The notes: generated by a model not told the origin, from the letters alone. A stretch of 64,000 nucleotides of DNA from an uncultured Gemmatimonadales bacterium (GCA_963779755.1 CAVZZO010000001.1:192001-256000); one strand, 5' to 3'; shown: positions 30,001 to 39,196, numbered from the stretch's first letter. Numbers and translations: made by a program.

Positions 30001-30080
30001 AGCACCCCGAACAGCACCAGGGCGACGCTGATCATACTGGCGAGGACCGGCCGCCGGATTGCGGTATCGGACAGCTTCAT
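27009..30080 (-). CDS. RND efflux permease (AcrB/AcrD/AcrF family)
   Basis: IRRPV, GIVVDDAIIVLEN, KNSILLVE and RLRPILMT motifs. Confidence 0.95.
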   Translation of the reverse strand: MKLSDTAIRRPVLASMISVALVLFGVLGYTRLSVREFPDIDPPVISVSTTLPGANPQVVESAVTDILEEELSTIAGVRTLTSSSAEQFSNITLEFNLDRDVEAAAQDVRDKVARVRGRLPEEVLEPVVAKQEADANPFFWLALSGTSYDLLQLSDIGDRIVKTRLQTLPGVGRAQVFGERRYSMRVWLSAPELAARNLTVQDVESAIRSRNVEIPSGRIESVQREFTVRSLGELKTPQEFGNLVVDSRNGQLVRLRDVGRVELGPEDERSAIRYNQTPAVAVGVIRQSKANLIQVADAIYRELPAIRQQLPPGVSIDVAFDQSIFVRRSIQEAEETLLIAAALVVVIIFLFLRNLRATIIPGLAIPASIVATFALMYAFGFSINNLTLLALTLAIGIVVDDAIIVLENAYRHQEELGETPVDAATNGTREIAFAVIATTISLAAVFTPLAFLRGTTGRLFSEFGLALAGAVVLSGFVALTLTPMLCAQVLRVPKEHGPVFKALERGFNRLSDLYARSLDWAMRHRGTVLLGAAGTLALAVLVFTSLKREFVPPEDRGWFFTIVLAPEGSTVAYTDQYQKQIEEVLAHTPEVVSYFSAVGFGGRVNRGMLFTRLKDWHDRNRSVQEVLSEIQPKFFAVPGVLAFAQNPPAFGFGSPVQFVVQQPDFDRLASAMDTMTARARAIPGLLNVDTDLRINKPQLTVSFDRDRAEDLGVPVGDVAATLQTMLGGRRTSTFTRNNKLYDVIVQLNPEERLTPSDVSGLYVRGRGGELVQLSAVTRLEEGVAPQSLNHFNRVRSFTLTASLAPGFPLGVALDSLHAIAQEVLPTGSSTALAGESRELEESGSSLYFAFVLALVVVFMVLASQFESLIHPFTVLLAVPLAVTGALLTLKLTGSTLNLYSQIGMILLIGIVTKNSILLVEYANQLKARGLDTLAAMRESGRIRLRPILMTSFATIMGGLPIALGLGAGSTSRRPLGYGIVGGVFFSTALTLFLVPVVWVLFELALERTRRRAPAAERRPAEAP

Positions 30081-30244
30081 GTCTGTGTGCGGCTGGAGGA
30101 TAGGGAACGGCCGTGCCAGAGCCTACGACCACCAGGGGGCGCAGGTTTCCGCCACGGCGAGCCCGTATGATACCGGGATGCGCCCCGGGAGCAAGGCAGC
30201 CGCCGGCTATGGCTGCGGGGGAGTCCGGCGCTTAGCTTGAGCGC

Positions 30245-30601
30245 ATGGGACTCAAGCTCAACAACCGGCAGCAGGTGCAGCTGGGATTTCTCGACGCGCA
30301 GGAGCCGAAGCTCCAGCGAGTCTATGCCCTGATCGAAAAACTGGGCACACCCTCCGAGGCCGAATCGGCCGCCCGGGCCGCCGCCCGGTCGTTCGACGAC
30401 ATCAAGGCCAACGCCACCGTGTCAGGGCTGCCCAAGCTGGCCGATGCCGCCGCCAGCATGGCCATGACCGCGCGGCGGGGGGTCAGCCCCCAGATCAAGC
30501 AACGGGCATTGCGGGAAGGATTCGTGATGCTGAAGCATCACTTCGAGGCGGCCCGGAAGGCCGCGACGACCCCGGAACCGGGGCCGGCGCCGGAGAGCTA
30601 G
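30245..30601 (+). CDS. Hpt-like helical protein lacking the phospho-His
   Basis: ARSFDDIKANATVSGLPKLADAAASM aligns by eye to the Hpt HxLKGxA..G..LxxxAxxLE pattern. Confidence 0.55.
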   Translation: MGLKLNNRQQVQLGFLDAQEPKLQRVYALIEKLGTPSEAESAARAAARSFDDIKANATVSGLPKLADAAASMAMTARRGVSPQIKQRALREGFVMLKHHFEAARKAATTPEPGPAPES

Positions 30602-30771
30602 GCGGTGGTGCGGGAGCGGCGGGCCAGCAGCGCGTCGATGGCGGTGCCCGAGATCAGAACGATCATCCCGTTGACCAGGGCGCCGATGAGCAGCGAAACG
30701 GTCAGCAGCGCACCCAGAATCAGGGCGACGCCAATGCCCGCGAAGATCCCACCCAGTACGTAGAGCAGCAC
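30598..30771 (-). CDS. 57-aa two-TM membrane protein (not in ORF track)
   Basis: GGAGAGG RBS and GTG start. Sequence MLLYVLGGIFAGIGVALILGALLTVSLLIGALVNGMIVLISGTAIDALLARRSRTTA. Confidence 0.6.
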   Translation of the reverse strand: MLLYVLGGIFAGIGVALILGALLTVSLLIGALVNGMIVLISGTAIDALLARRSRTTA

Positions 30772-30847
30772 ACGCCTCTCCCGGAAAAAATTCGATCCGC
30801 CGGTAGCTTAGCCCGCCCCGGGACGCGCCGCAAGGCGGAGCCGCCCG

Positions 30848-32287
30848 TCAGCCCTTGCGGCGCAGTGCCTCGATGGCCGCCGCCTTCACCACCCCGTCGG
30901 AGCGGCGCACCAGCGTGTCCAGCATGCGGCGGGCCGCCCGCGTTTCCGAGCCCGCCAGCGCCTCGACGATCGCCAGGCGGTCGGCCAGCGACCGGCGCCC
31001 GCGCAGCAGCACCGGGCGCTGCAGTACCAGCCCCAGCAGGACGCGGCCCGACTCATCGGAATCGACCTGCGCCAGCCCCTGGACCAGCGCGCGCCACACC
31101 CGGGGGTCGGATTCTTCATCCAGCGCTGCCGCCAGGGGCATCACCAGAGAGCCACTGTTGTACGCGGCCAGCGCCGCCGCCGCCGCGATCCGCACCTCGG
31201 GCGACGCCGACCGCAGCGCGCGGCGCAGCGGATCGACCCCTTCGGGCGCACCGAGCCGGCCCAGGGCCTCGACCGCCGCCAGCACCACCCGTTCCTCGGG
31301 ATGCGTGACGCAGACCCGGAGCGGGCCCACGCCTTCCGCCAGCCCCAGCCGGCCAAGCAGCTCGGCGCCATGCCGCGCTTCGTGCCAGAAGGCGCTGGTG
31401 GTCAGATGCGCCAGCAGTGGGAAGGCCTCGGGGATGCGCGCCAGCGCATCGTGGAGGAACCGGCGTATCCCCACGCTTTCCGATTGCCGGACATACTCCA
31501 CCATTCGCTCCGCCGCCGGGGCGCCCAGCCACTGCAGCACCTCGGCCGCCCGGTACTGCTCCTCGGTGACGCGCAACGCGTGCTCGATACACCCGTCCAC
31601 GACCGGCGGCGGAAATTCCCGCCGCACCGTGATGCCGAAGGAGCGCCGGTCGGCGTCGGGAATGCGCGGCGCCATCCGGACCAGCGCCTGCCCGGCCTGC
31701 AGCACCGCGCCCCAGTCGCCGGCCGCCGCCGCCTGCTGCAGCGCCGTTACCAGCGTCGTCAGATCGCGATCCAGACCCTGCGGCAGCCGCGCCGGCCGGG
31801 GTTCGGCCGGATCGCGCAGCAGCAGAAGATAGGAAGGGGGCTGGGTGCCCTCCGACGGCCGGACGGCACCAGTGTCCGGCCGGGCGTTGCGGATTGGAGT
31901 AGGCACCAGCGTCAGCCGGATATCGTCCGAGGCCGGGAAGTCACCCCCATCCGCCGCCAGCGACCGGGCCAGCGCCAGAAGGTCCGCCGCGGCCGCACCG
32001 GGCAGGAGGTCCACCGTATCCACCCGCCGGGCCAGCAGCCGGGCCTTGAGGCTCCGCTCGTCGGTTACCTCCGACGACTCCACCCCGGCCTCCAGCCGGA
32101 CCGCCCCCCGGCGCAGCGCCCGCAATGCCGAGCGCAGCGCGTCCTTCTGCCCCGGAATCTGCTCCGGCTCGTAGCGCAGCAACTCGACCAGCCGGCCGAA
32201 TGGAGCAGCGAAGCCGCTGGACGAGTTGGATACAGGCTGTTGCAGGGACACGTGACCGGGAGAGTCGGGAAGATCCGTGGATGTCAT
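30848..32287 (-). CDS. HEAT-repeat protein
   Basis: WHEARHGAELLGRLG, ERVVLAAVEALGRLG and PEVRIAAAAALA repeats. Confidence 0.85.
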   Translation of the reverse strand: MTSTDLPDSPGHVSLQQPVSNSSSGFAAPFGRLVELLRYEPEQIPGQKDALRSALRALRRGAVRLEAGVESSEVTDERSLKARLLARRVDTVDLLPGAAAADLLALARSLAADGGDFPASDDIRLTLVPTPIRNARPDTGAVRPSEGTQPPSYLLLLRDPAEPRPARLPQGLDRDLTTLVTALQQAAAAGDWGAVLQAGQALVRMAPRIPDADRRSFGITVRREFPPPVVDGCIEHALRVTEEQYRAAEVLQWLGAPAAERMVEYVRQSESVGIRRFLHDALARIPEAFPLLAHLTTSAFWHEARHGAELLGRLGLAEGVGPLRVCVTHPEERVVLAAVEALGRLGAPEGVDPLRRALRSASPEVRIAAAAALAAYNSGSLVMPLAAALDEESDPRVWRALVQGLAQVDSDESGRVLLGLVLQRPVLLRGRRSLADRLAIVEALAGSETRAARRMLDTLVRRSDGVVKAAAIEALRRKG

Positions 32288-32404
32288 GCTCGTCACCGTG
32301 CGGACTGTCCCGGGGCCGCAGATTCAGGCCACGCAACGCCGGGAATCGGACCGAACATTGTAACCCGGCAATATCATGCGACGCCAGACGCCCGTGAGGT
32401 GCCA

Positions 32405-33226
32405 ATGATTGCACGACGTACGATTCTTTCCACCCTTGTAGCGGTTCTGCTGCTGCTCCTGTCTGCGCACGGGCTGGGCGCGCAGATGGCCGCCGGCGCG
32501 GACGTGGCGCTGCAGAGCCAGAATATCTGGCGGGGGCTCACCTTCACCAATCGGCCGGTGCTGCAGCCCGATGCCTTTCTGGCCTATACCACGGGAAAGA
32601 CCACCCTCAGCGCCGGCACCTGGGGCAGCATCGAGCTGGGCCGATATGACGGATCCAGCGACCTGAGCCAGGGTGGAGGACGGTCGGCACTCGACCTGAC
32701 CGAACTCAACTGGTGGCTGGAGGGCCGCTATCGGCTGACGCTGTCGGACGTCACCTTCGGCATCACCGGCTATCAGTACCCCAATCCGGCGGGGATGACC
32801 AGTGCCGACAACTCGGTCGCACTCTATGCCCGGGTCGAGGCGGTGGATCCCCTCAATCCCCGGTTCGCTCTCTTCTATGACGTGGATGCCTACAATGGCC
32901 TCTACGGCGAGGTGGGAATCGGCCACCGGTTTGCGGTCTCCGGCGCCATCGGCATCAACCTGAACGCCCGTGTGGGCCTGGCGACCGGGCTCGATCCGTC
33001 CCCGGGCGATCTCTCGCGCTATGACGAGAACGGCATCACCCATCTCGACTTTTCCGCCTCGACCACCATTCCGGCGGCCGGCATCACCTGGATGCCCATC
33101 GTGCATCTCATCGTCGCCAGCGACCCGCGGGTCCGGATCACCGGCCCCGGCGAGACCAAGCACAACAAGATTCTGGTCGGGCTCCGGGGCAGCTGGTTCC
33201 ACGTCTTCCGGCCGGCAGGCCGCTGA
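32405..33226 (+). CDS. Putative outer-membrane beta-barrel protein
   Basis: Signal peptide, SQNIWRGLTFTNRPVLQPD and amphipathic beta-strands. Resembles TIGR02001/Gcw_chp-type proteins. Confidence 0.65.
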   Translation: MIARRTILSTLVAVLLLLLSAHGLGAQMAAGADVALQSQNIWRGLTFTNRPVLQPDAFLAYTTGKTTLSAGTWGSIELGRYDGSSDLSQGGGRSALDLTELNWWLEGRYRLTLSDVTFGITGYQYPNPAGMTSADNSVALYARVEAVDPLNPRFALFYDVDAYNGLYGEVGIGHRFAVSGAIGINLNARVGLATGLDPSPGDLSRYDENGITHLDFSASTTIPAAGITWMPIVHLIVASDPRVRITGPGETKHNKILVGLRGSWFHVFRPAGR

Positions 33227-33232
33227 CGCCGC

Positions 33233-34288
33233 TCAGGCGGCCTTGATCTCGGTCCAGATCCGGTCCCACACCTCGGTGGCCGCACCGAGGTCCTTCTCCC
33301 ATTCCAGCCGCGCCATCTCCTCGGGCGTGGGCAGCGCGACGGGGTTCCGGATCAGCGGCTGCGCCGCCGCATTGGGTGAGCCGAAGCGCGTAGCCTCGGC
33401 GATCCGTGCTGCGACTTCGGGCCGCAGGACATAATCGATGAAGGCGTGCGCCGCCCGCTTGTGAGGAGCGGAGGCCAGCACCACCAGGTTGTCGGTCCCG
33501 ACGATGGCCCCTTCCCGCGGCAACGTCCACTGGATGGCGGGCTGCTGGTCGGCGGCCTGCGCGGTGTCGCCGTTCCAGAGCTGCGCGATCCACACATCCC
33601 CCGCCACCAGCTGGTCCTTGACCGGCGCCGAGACGAAGGCCTTCAGGTTCCGCTTCGCCGCAATGGCGTCCCGCCGTGCCTGGGCCAGTTCCGCGGGATC
33701 GGTGCTGTTGATGGAGTGGCCCCGGTAGCGCAGCATGGCGCCGATCACCTCCCGAACATCGTCCAGCAGGGTGAGCTTTCCCGCCAGGGCCCCATCGAAG
33801 AAGACCTTCAGGCTGTGGGGCGGCGCGGGCACCAGGTCGCGCCGCCAGGCCAGCCCGCTCATGGCCCAGAGCCAGGGCACGGTGTAGCGCTGCCGGGGAT
33901 CGTAGGGCGGGGCGGAGAAGACCGGCGAGAGGTTCTTCCGATTGGGCAGGAGATCCTTCCGCAGCGGCAAGAGCAGATTGCTGTCGGCCAGCACCGGGAC
34001 GATATACCCGGTGGGGACCACCAGATCATACCCGGACGCGCCAGCCTGCAGCTTGGCCAGCATCTCCTCATTGCTCTCGTAGGTATCGTAAGTCACCCGC
34101 ACACCGAATTCCCGCTCGAAATCCGGAATGGTGCTGTCGGCGATATAGTCCGACCAGTTATAAATCGAGAGCCGGTCTTCCATCTGGCCGACGCCCTGCT
34201 CCCGCCGCCTGCCGCAGGCCTGGAGCAGCCCACCCGGTCCCAGCAGGGCCGCCGCGGCCAGCCGGCGCAGCGCCGCGCGGCGGTTCAT
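33233..34288 (-). CDS. potD: Spermidine/putrescine-binding protein
   Basis: IYNWSDYI, YESNEEMLAKL and GYDLVVPT motifs. Twin-Arg-like lipoprotein signal. Confidence 0.85.
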   Translation of the reverse strand: MNRRAALRRLAAAALLGPGGLLQACGRRREQGVGQMEDRLSIYNWSDYIADSTIPDFEREFGVRVTYDTYESNEEMLAKLQAGASGYDLVVPTGYIVPVLADSNLLLPLRKDLLPNRKNLSPVFSAPPYDPRQRYTVPWLWAMSGLAWRRDLVPAPPHSLKVFFDGALAGKLTLLDDVREVIGAMLRYRGHSINSTDPAELAQARRDAIAAKRNLKAFVSAPVKDQLVAGDVWIAQLWNGDTAQAADQQPAIQWTLPREGAIVGTDNLVVLASAPHKRAAHAFIDYVLRPEVAARIAEATRFGSPNAAAQPLIRNPVALPTPEEMARLEWEKDLGAATEVWDRIWTEIKAA

Positions 34289-35340
34289 GCGGCCTTGATC
34301 TCGGTCCAGAGGCGGTCGTAGACCGCCGTGGCGGCGCCCACGTCGGCGAAGTACTCCAGCCGGGCCCGCTCTTCGGCGGTGGGAAGCGGCGCCGGGTGCT
34401 GCAGCAGCGGCCGGGCGGCGCGGTTGGGACTGCCATAGTAGGTGTGGTCGGCGATGGCAGCGGCGACCGGCGGCCGGAGCATGTAGTCGAGGAACGCGCG
34501 GGCCGCCCGGGGGTGCGGCGCCCCGGACAGCAGCACCAGCGAATCCATCCAGATGGCGCTTCCCTCCCGCGGAATGGCATAGCGCAGCGATGGCCGGGCC
34601 TGGCGGCTGGGCGGGTCGACAAAGCCGCTCCACACCTGGGCGACGGCCACGTCGCCACTCACCAGCTGCGACTGCACCGGGATGTTGAGATAGCCCTTGA
34701 GATTGCGCCGGGCGGCAATGGCGTCCTGCCTGGCCTGGTGAAGCACATTGGGCGCGATGCTGTTGAGGGAATGCCCCCGGTACTTCAGCATGGCACCCAG
34801 TACTTCCCGGCCTACGTTCAGCATCGTCATGGCCCCGCGGTGAGCGGGATCGAGAAACACCCCCCAGGTGTCGACCGCCGGCGCCACCGCGCTGTCGTAG
34901 GCGATCCCGGTGGTGCCGAAGAGATAGGGAACCGAATAGGTATTGCCCGGATCGAACGGCGGGTCGAGGTAGGCGGGGTCGAGGTTGCTCCAGTTCTCCA
35001 GGCTGTCGTGATCGACCGGCGCCAGCTTCCCCAGCTTCTGGAGGACCGTCACGGTAGAATTGCTGGGCACCACGATGTCATAACCCGAGGCGCCGCCCTG
35101 CAATTTCCCCAGCAGCTCCTCGTTGCTCTGGTAGATGTCGTAGTTGACCTTGACCCCGAACTCCCGCTCGAAATTCGGGATGGTATCGTCCGCGACGTAG
35201 TCCCACCAGTTGAACACGTTGAGCTCGCCCTCGAGCCGCCCGGCCTTGCCGGCGCGGTCCGGCCGGCCGCAGCCCGTCGACAGGCCTGCCACCGCCGCCC
35301 CCAGGGCGGAAGCCTGGCGCAGAAATTCCCGGCGCCTCAT
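34285..35340 (-). CDS. potD: Spermidine/putrescine-binding protein (paralog)
   Basis: MRRREFL Tat signal, FNWWDYV, YSVPYLFGTTGI and IPREGSAIWMD motifs. Confidence 0.85.
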   Translation of the reverse strand: MRRREFLRQASALGAAVAGLSTGCGRPDRAGKAGRLEGELNVFNWWDYVADDTIPNFEREFGVKVNYDIYQSNEELLGKLQGGASGYDIVVPSNSTVTVLQKLGKLAPVDHDSLENWSNLDPAYLDPPFDPGNTYSVPYLFGTTGIAYDSAVAPAVDTWGVFLDPAHRGAMTMLNVGREVLGAMLKYRGHSLNSIAPNVLHQARQDAIAARRNLKGYLNIPVQSQLVSGDVAVAQVWSGFVDPPSRQARPSLRYAIPREGSAIWMDSLVLLSGAPHPRAARAFLDYMLRPPVAAAIADHTYYGSPNRAARPLLQHPAPLPTAEERARLEYFADVGAATAVYDRLWTEIKAA

Positions 35341-36128
35341 GCCCGCCGGTCGGCCGCCGCCGGCCGCCGCCGGACCAGCCGGTCGGCGGCCAGAATGGTC
35401 AGCGTGGTGATCACCAGGATGATCGTGCTGATGGCATTGATGCTGGGCTCGATGCTCTTCCGGACCATGGAATAGACCAGCAGCGGAAGGGTGGTGGAAC
35501 CGACGCCGGCCACGAAAAAAGTGATGACAAAATCGTCGAAGCTGAGCGTGAAGGCGAGGAGCGCGGCCGCCAGAATGCCGGGCCAGAGCTGCGGTAGCGT
35601 CACCCGGCGGAAGGTGGTGAGCTCGTCGGCGCCGAGGTTCAGGGCCGCCTCCTCCAGCGTGCGGTCCATCCCCTGCAGGCGGGCCCGGACCACCACGATC
35701 ACGAACGACAGATTGAACGCCACATGCGCCACGATGATGGTGCCCAGGCCCAGCACCACGCCGGCGGCGGCGAAAAACACCAGCAGCGAGATCCCCACCA
35801 CGATCTCCGGCGTGACCATGGGAAGATAGAGCAGGCCCTCCAGCAGGGTACGGCCCCGGAAACGGAACCGGCCCAGCGCGACGGCGACCAGCGTTCCCAG
35901 CACCGTGGCAGTGATGGTGGACACCACCGCCACGATGAGACTGGCCTGCAGCGCGCGCAGAATGTCGGGGCGCTCCAGCAGCCGCCGGTACCACCCCAGG
36001 GTGAAACCGGTCCAGCTCGAGGTGAAGCGCGAGGCGTTGAACGAGAACACCACCAGCACCAGCACCGGCAGGTGCAGCAGCAGGTAGCAGACGGCGACGA
36101 ACGCCACCAGGGGCCGCGGCAGGCGCAT
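35337..36128 (-). CDS. potC: Polyamine ABC permease
   Basis: VFSFNAS, PEIVVGISLL, LEEAALNLGA and SFDDFVITFF motifs. Confidence 0.9.
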   Translation of the reverse strand: MRLPRPLVAFVAVCYLLLHLPVLVLVVFSFNASRFTSSWTGFTLGWYRRLLERPDILRALQASLIVAVVSTITATVLGTLVAVALGRFRFRGRTLLEGLLYLPMVTPEIVVGISLLVFFAAAGVVLGLGTIIVAHVAFNLSFVIVVVRARLQGMDRTLEEAALNLGADELTTFRRVTLPQLWPGILAAALLAFTLSFDDFVITFFVAGVGSTTLPLLVYSMVRKSIEPSINAISTIILVITTLTILAADRLVRRRPAAADRRA

Positions 36129-37009
36129 CAGGCCTCCTCCGCCAGGGGGCCGCCCCGCCGGCGCAGATAGACCAGCACCACCAGCAGCACGCACGCCATC
36201 AGCACGAACGACGCCGCGGAGCCGAACGGCCAGTTGCGCGCGGCAGTGAACTGATTCTGCACCAGGTTGCCGATCATCACCTGCTTGGCGCCGCCCAGCA
36301 GATCCGGCGTGAGAAACGCCCCCAGCGCCGGGATGAACACCAGCAGGCAGCCCGCAACGACGCCCGGGAGCGACAAGGGCAGCGTCACCCGGAGGAAGCG
36401 CGCTGCCGGCCGCGCCCCCAGCCCCGCCGCCGCCTCCAGCAGGGCGGGATCCAGCTTCTCCAGCGAGGCGTAGACCGGCAGCACCATGAACGGCAGATAA
36501 CCGTAAACCAGCCCCGCCAGCACCGCGCCCGGAGTGTAGAGCAGCGTCAGGGGCTCGGCAATGAAATGCAGGCGGAGCAGCCAGGCATTGATGAGGCCGG
36601 AGTCGCGCAGCAGGAAGATCAGGGCGTAGGTCCGCACCAGGAAGCTGGTCCAGAAGGGGAGCACCACCAGAAAGAGCAGCAGATGCTTCCAGCGCGGGCT
36701 CCGGGCGATGACATACGCCATGGGATACCCCACCAGCAGGCACAGCAGGGTGCAGGAGATGGCCAGCAGCGCGGTCTGGAGCAGGATTCTGAGGTAGAGC
36801 GGTTCGAAAAACCGGCGATAATGCTGCAGGGTGAAGCCGGGTTCCACTCCGCCGTAGATACCCCGTTGCATCATGCTGTAGGCGAACATGATGAGCATGG
36901 GCACGGCGAAGAATACCAGCAGCCAGAATACGCCGGGGCCCAGCAGGGCCGTGGCCGATGCCCCCGGGCGGCGGGCGAGCCAGCCCAGCAGCCGGCGGCG
37001 GACGCTCAC
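36128..37009 (-). CDS. potB: Polyamine ABC permease
   Basis: LPFWTSFLVRTYA, LLEAAAGLGA and RNWPFGSA motifs. Confidence 0.9.
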   Translation of the reverse strand: MSVRRRLLGWLARRPGASATALLGPGVFWLLVFFAVPMLIMFAYSMMQRGIYGGVEPGFTLQHYRRFFEPLYLRILLQTALLAISCTLLCLLVGYPMAYVIARSPRWKHLLLFLVVLPFWTSFLVRTYALIFLLRDSGLINAWLLRLHFIAEPLTLLYTPGAVLAGLVYGYLPFMVLPVYASLEKLDPALLEAAAGLGARPAARFLRVTLPLSLPGVVAGCLLVFIPALGAFLTPDLLGGAKQVMIGNLVQNQFTAARNWPFGSAASFVLMACVLLVVLVYLRRRGGPLAEEA

Positions 37010-38142
37010 GCCCGGGCCTCCGCCACAGGCAGCACCCGCCCATCCTCGGGACGCCAGATCACCTCTACCGGCTGGCCCGCCGTCCAGACGACGGGCGGGC
37101 GGCTGCCGTCGTTCCGCAGCGCCACAGTGACCTCGCCGCCCGCCCCGAGCCGCACCTGCACCTGGACCGTGCTGCCGTGGTAGAACACCTCCGACACCAC
37201 GCCCGCCAGCCGGTTCGCGCCGGTGCCCGCCTCCCCCGCCCCCAGTTCCATCCGCTCGGGGCGCACCACCACCTCCACCGCCGTCCCCGGCGGAATCGGC
37301 TTAGCCGAGCCGACCTCGAAACTGTGCCCGTCCGCCAGCGCGACCGTGAGCCGGCCCCCCGAGGCCGCGGAGACCCGGCCCGTCAGCAGGTTGGACGCGC
37401 CGATGAACGAGGCGACGAAGGACGACCGCGGACGCTCGTAGATCTCGGCCGGCGTACCGATCTGGGCTACCCGCGATCGTTCCATGACGGCAATGCGATC
37501 CGACATGGCCAGCGCTTCGTCCTGATCGTGCGTGACATAGATGAATGTGATGCCCAGCTCGCGGTTCAGCGCCCGTAGCTCCCCTTGCATGTCCTTCCGC
37601 AACCGGAGGTCGAGGGCTCCCAGCGGCTCGTCCAGCAGGAGGATGGCCGGCTCCAGCACCAGGGCCCGGGCCAGCGCCACCCGCTGCCGCTGCCCGCCGG
37701 AGAGCCGGAGCGGCATCCGGCGGGCAAAATCCGCCGGATTCAGCCGGACCGTGACCAGCGCCTGCTCGACCCGGTCACGGATTGCCGGTCGGGGCACCCG
37801 GCGCTGCTCCAGCCCGAAGGCGATGTTCCGCTCCACCGAGAGGTGGGGGAAGAGGGCATAGCTCTGAAAGACCATGGCGACGTCGCGCTCGTAGGGGCGC
37901 CGCCCGTTTACCACCTCGCCGCCGATCAGGACCCGGCCCCCGTCCGGATCGGGGTCCTCAAAGCCCGCCAGCAGGCGCAGCGTCGTGGTCTTGCCGCAGC
38001 CGGAAGGGCCCAGGATGGAGAAAAACTCGCCGCGCCGCACCGCGAAGGAGACCCCCTCCACCGCCTTGCCGCCGCCGAAGGTCTTGCTCACCCGCCGGAA
38101 CTCGGCGACGATATCGGGATCTTGAGGGGGAGGGAGTGACAA
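37006..38142 (-). CDS. potA: Polyamine ABC ATPase
   Basis: GPSGCGKT, LSGGQRQR and LLLDEPLGALD motifs with a TOBE tail. GGAGGAG RBS before TTG. Confidence 0.92.
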   Translation of the reverse strand: MSLPPPQDPDIVAEFRRVSKTFGGGKAVEGVSFAVRRGEFFSILGPSGCGKTTTLRLLAGFEDPDPDGGRVLIGGEVVNGRRPYERDVAMVFQSYALFPHLSVERNIAFGLEQRRVPRPAIRDRVEQALVTVRLNPADFARRMPLRLSGGQRQRVALARALVLEPAILLLDEPLGALDLRLRKDMQGELRALNRELGITFIYVTHDQDEALAMSDRIAVMERSRVAQIGTPAEIYERPRSSFVASFIGASNLLTGRVSAASGGRLTVALADGHSFEVGSAKPIPPGTAVEVVVRPERMELGAGEAGTGANRLAGVVSEVFYHGSTVQVQVRLGAGGEVTVALRNDGSRPPVVWTAGQPVEVIWRPEDGRVLPVAEARA

Positions 38143-38376
38143 ACCGGCTCCTCCGGAGCTTGAGCGGCAGCGCGACGGGGCGGGGGACGGGCGCGACGGC
38201 GAAACGTAGGCCGCTCCCCGCGCCGCTGTCGAGGGATCCCCGCTTGACAGACCGGGGCGATGACCACAGCCTATTCCATCGTTTGCGGCGGCCGGCGGAG
38301 CGGCCGCCGCCTGGAGCAGGGTCGGGCCGGCCGTCGCCGTCCCCAGACACGCGTACAACAGCCGGAGCACGGAACG

Positions 38377-38613
38377 ATGGTATACATCTACAACTCCACC
38401 ACCGGCGACGAGATCGCCGAGATCACCGAAACGCAGCTGCAGGACCTGGTGGCGGAGCTGGAACTGGATCCCCTGGAAGAGGAAGAATACTCGCTGGACC
38501 CCGAGGCGCTGTCCGTCCTGGAGGACGACGGCCTCGACCCCGAGTTGGTGGAGGCACTGCGGCACGCCATGGGCGAGCAGGAAGAGCTGGAGATTCGCTG
38601 GTCCCGCCTCTAA
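38377..38613 (+). CDS. Small, very acidic hypothetical protein (78 aa)
   Basis: MVYIYNSTTGDEIAEITETQLQDLVAELELDPLEEEEY..; coding-like codon usage, followed by a hairpin. Confidence 0.75.
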   Translation: MVYIYNSTTGDEIAEITETQLQDLVAELELDPLEEEEYSLDPEALSVLEDDGLDPELVEALRHAMGEQEELEIRWSRL

Positions 38614-38615
38614 GT

Positions 38616-38655
38616 AAAACGGCGGTGAGCGGGGCGCCCGCCCCGCTCACCGCCG
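38616..38655. terminator. Long inverted repeat between convergent genes
   Basis: CGGCGGTGAGCGGGGCG/CGCCCCGCTCACCGCCG (17 bp). AAAA on the left gives a U-tract for the minus-strand Hsp20 transcript. Confidence 0.75.
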
Positions 38656-38676
38656 CCCGGCCGGAACCAGACCGGA

Positions 38677-39111
38677 TTACTTCACGTTCACGGGAATCTC
38701 CCGCGGACGGGCGCGCTCCGACTTGGGAAGCGTCACGGTCAGCAGACCGTTGTCGTAGCCGGCCTGGATGTTCTCGGCATCCACCGTGCTGGGCAGCGTA
38801 AAGCGCCGTTCGAAGTTGCCGTACGAACGCTCATAGCGATGCACCCGCTCCGTCTTCTCCTCCGCCTCCTGCCGCTTCTCGCCCCGGATCGTCAGCGTGT
38901 TGTTCTCCAGGGAAATCTTCACGTCCTTCGGATTCACGCCGGGTAGCTCCAGTACCAGCTTGAGCTGGTTCTGATCCTCGAAGATGTCGCACGCCGGCGT
39001 CCAGCCGCTGGTCAGCTCGCCCTCCTGGAAGGGCTGCCACGCATCCTCCAGCATCCGGTTCAGTCTGCGCAGCCCCCACAGCTCGGGAGCCCGCCGGGTC
39101 AGGCCGTTCAT
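38677..39111 (-). CDS. Hsp20/alpha-crystallin small heat-shock protein
   Basis: ELPGV, LTIRGEK, ERSYGNFERRFTLP and YDNGLLTVTLPK motifs. AAGGAGG RBS. Confidence 0.95.
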   Translation of the reverse strand: MNGLTRRAPELWGLRRLNRMLEDAWQPFQEGELTSGWTPACDIFEDQNQLKLVLELPGVNPKDVKISLENNTLTIRGEKRQEAEEKTERVHRYERSYGNFERRFTLPSTVDAENIQAGYDNGLLTVTLPKSERARPREIPVNVK

Positions 39112-39181
39112 GAGTTTTTCCTCCTTCTGAATACGGTACACATCGGGCCAAGGCTCGCCTGCCCACCCGGCGGCCTTACAG

Positions 39182-39196
39182 GCACCCGGCGTGCCA
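39182..39196 (-). promoter_or_regulatory. Putative sigma54 -24/-12 promoter for the Hsp20 gene
   Basis: TGGCACG-CCGG-GTGC on the minus strand with correct GG..GC spacing, about 70 nt upstream of the ATG. Confidence 0.5.

Noticed and set aside
30104..30118. sigma54 promoter before the RND operon (TGGCACG-N4-TTCC); also TGGCACG at 55587
   Set aside because: The first lacks the -12 GC. The second has the wrong spacing and overlaps the start codon.
27630..30170. Long antisense or alternate-frame ORFs (846 aa here; also 42966-45617, 15060-16796, 51043-52575, 60024-61544)
   Set aside because: Shadows of well-supported genes in high-GC DNA, with no recognisable motifs.
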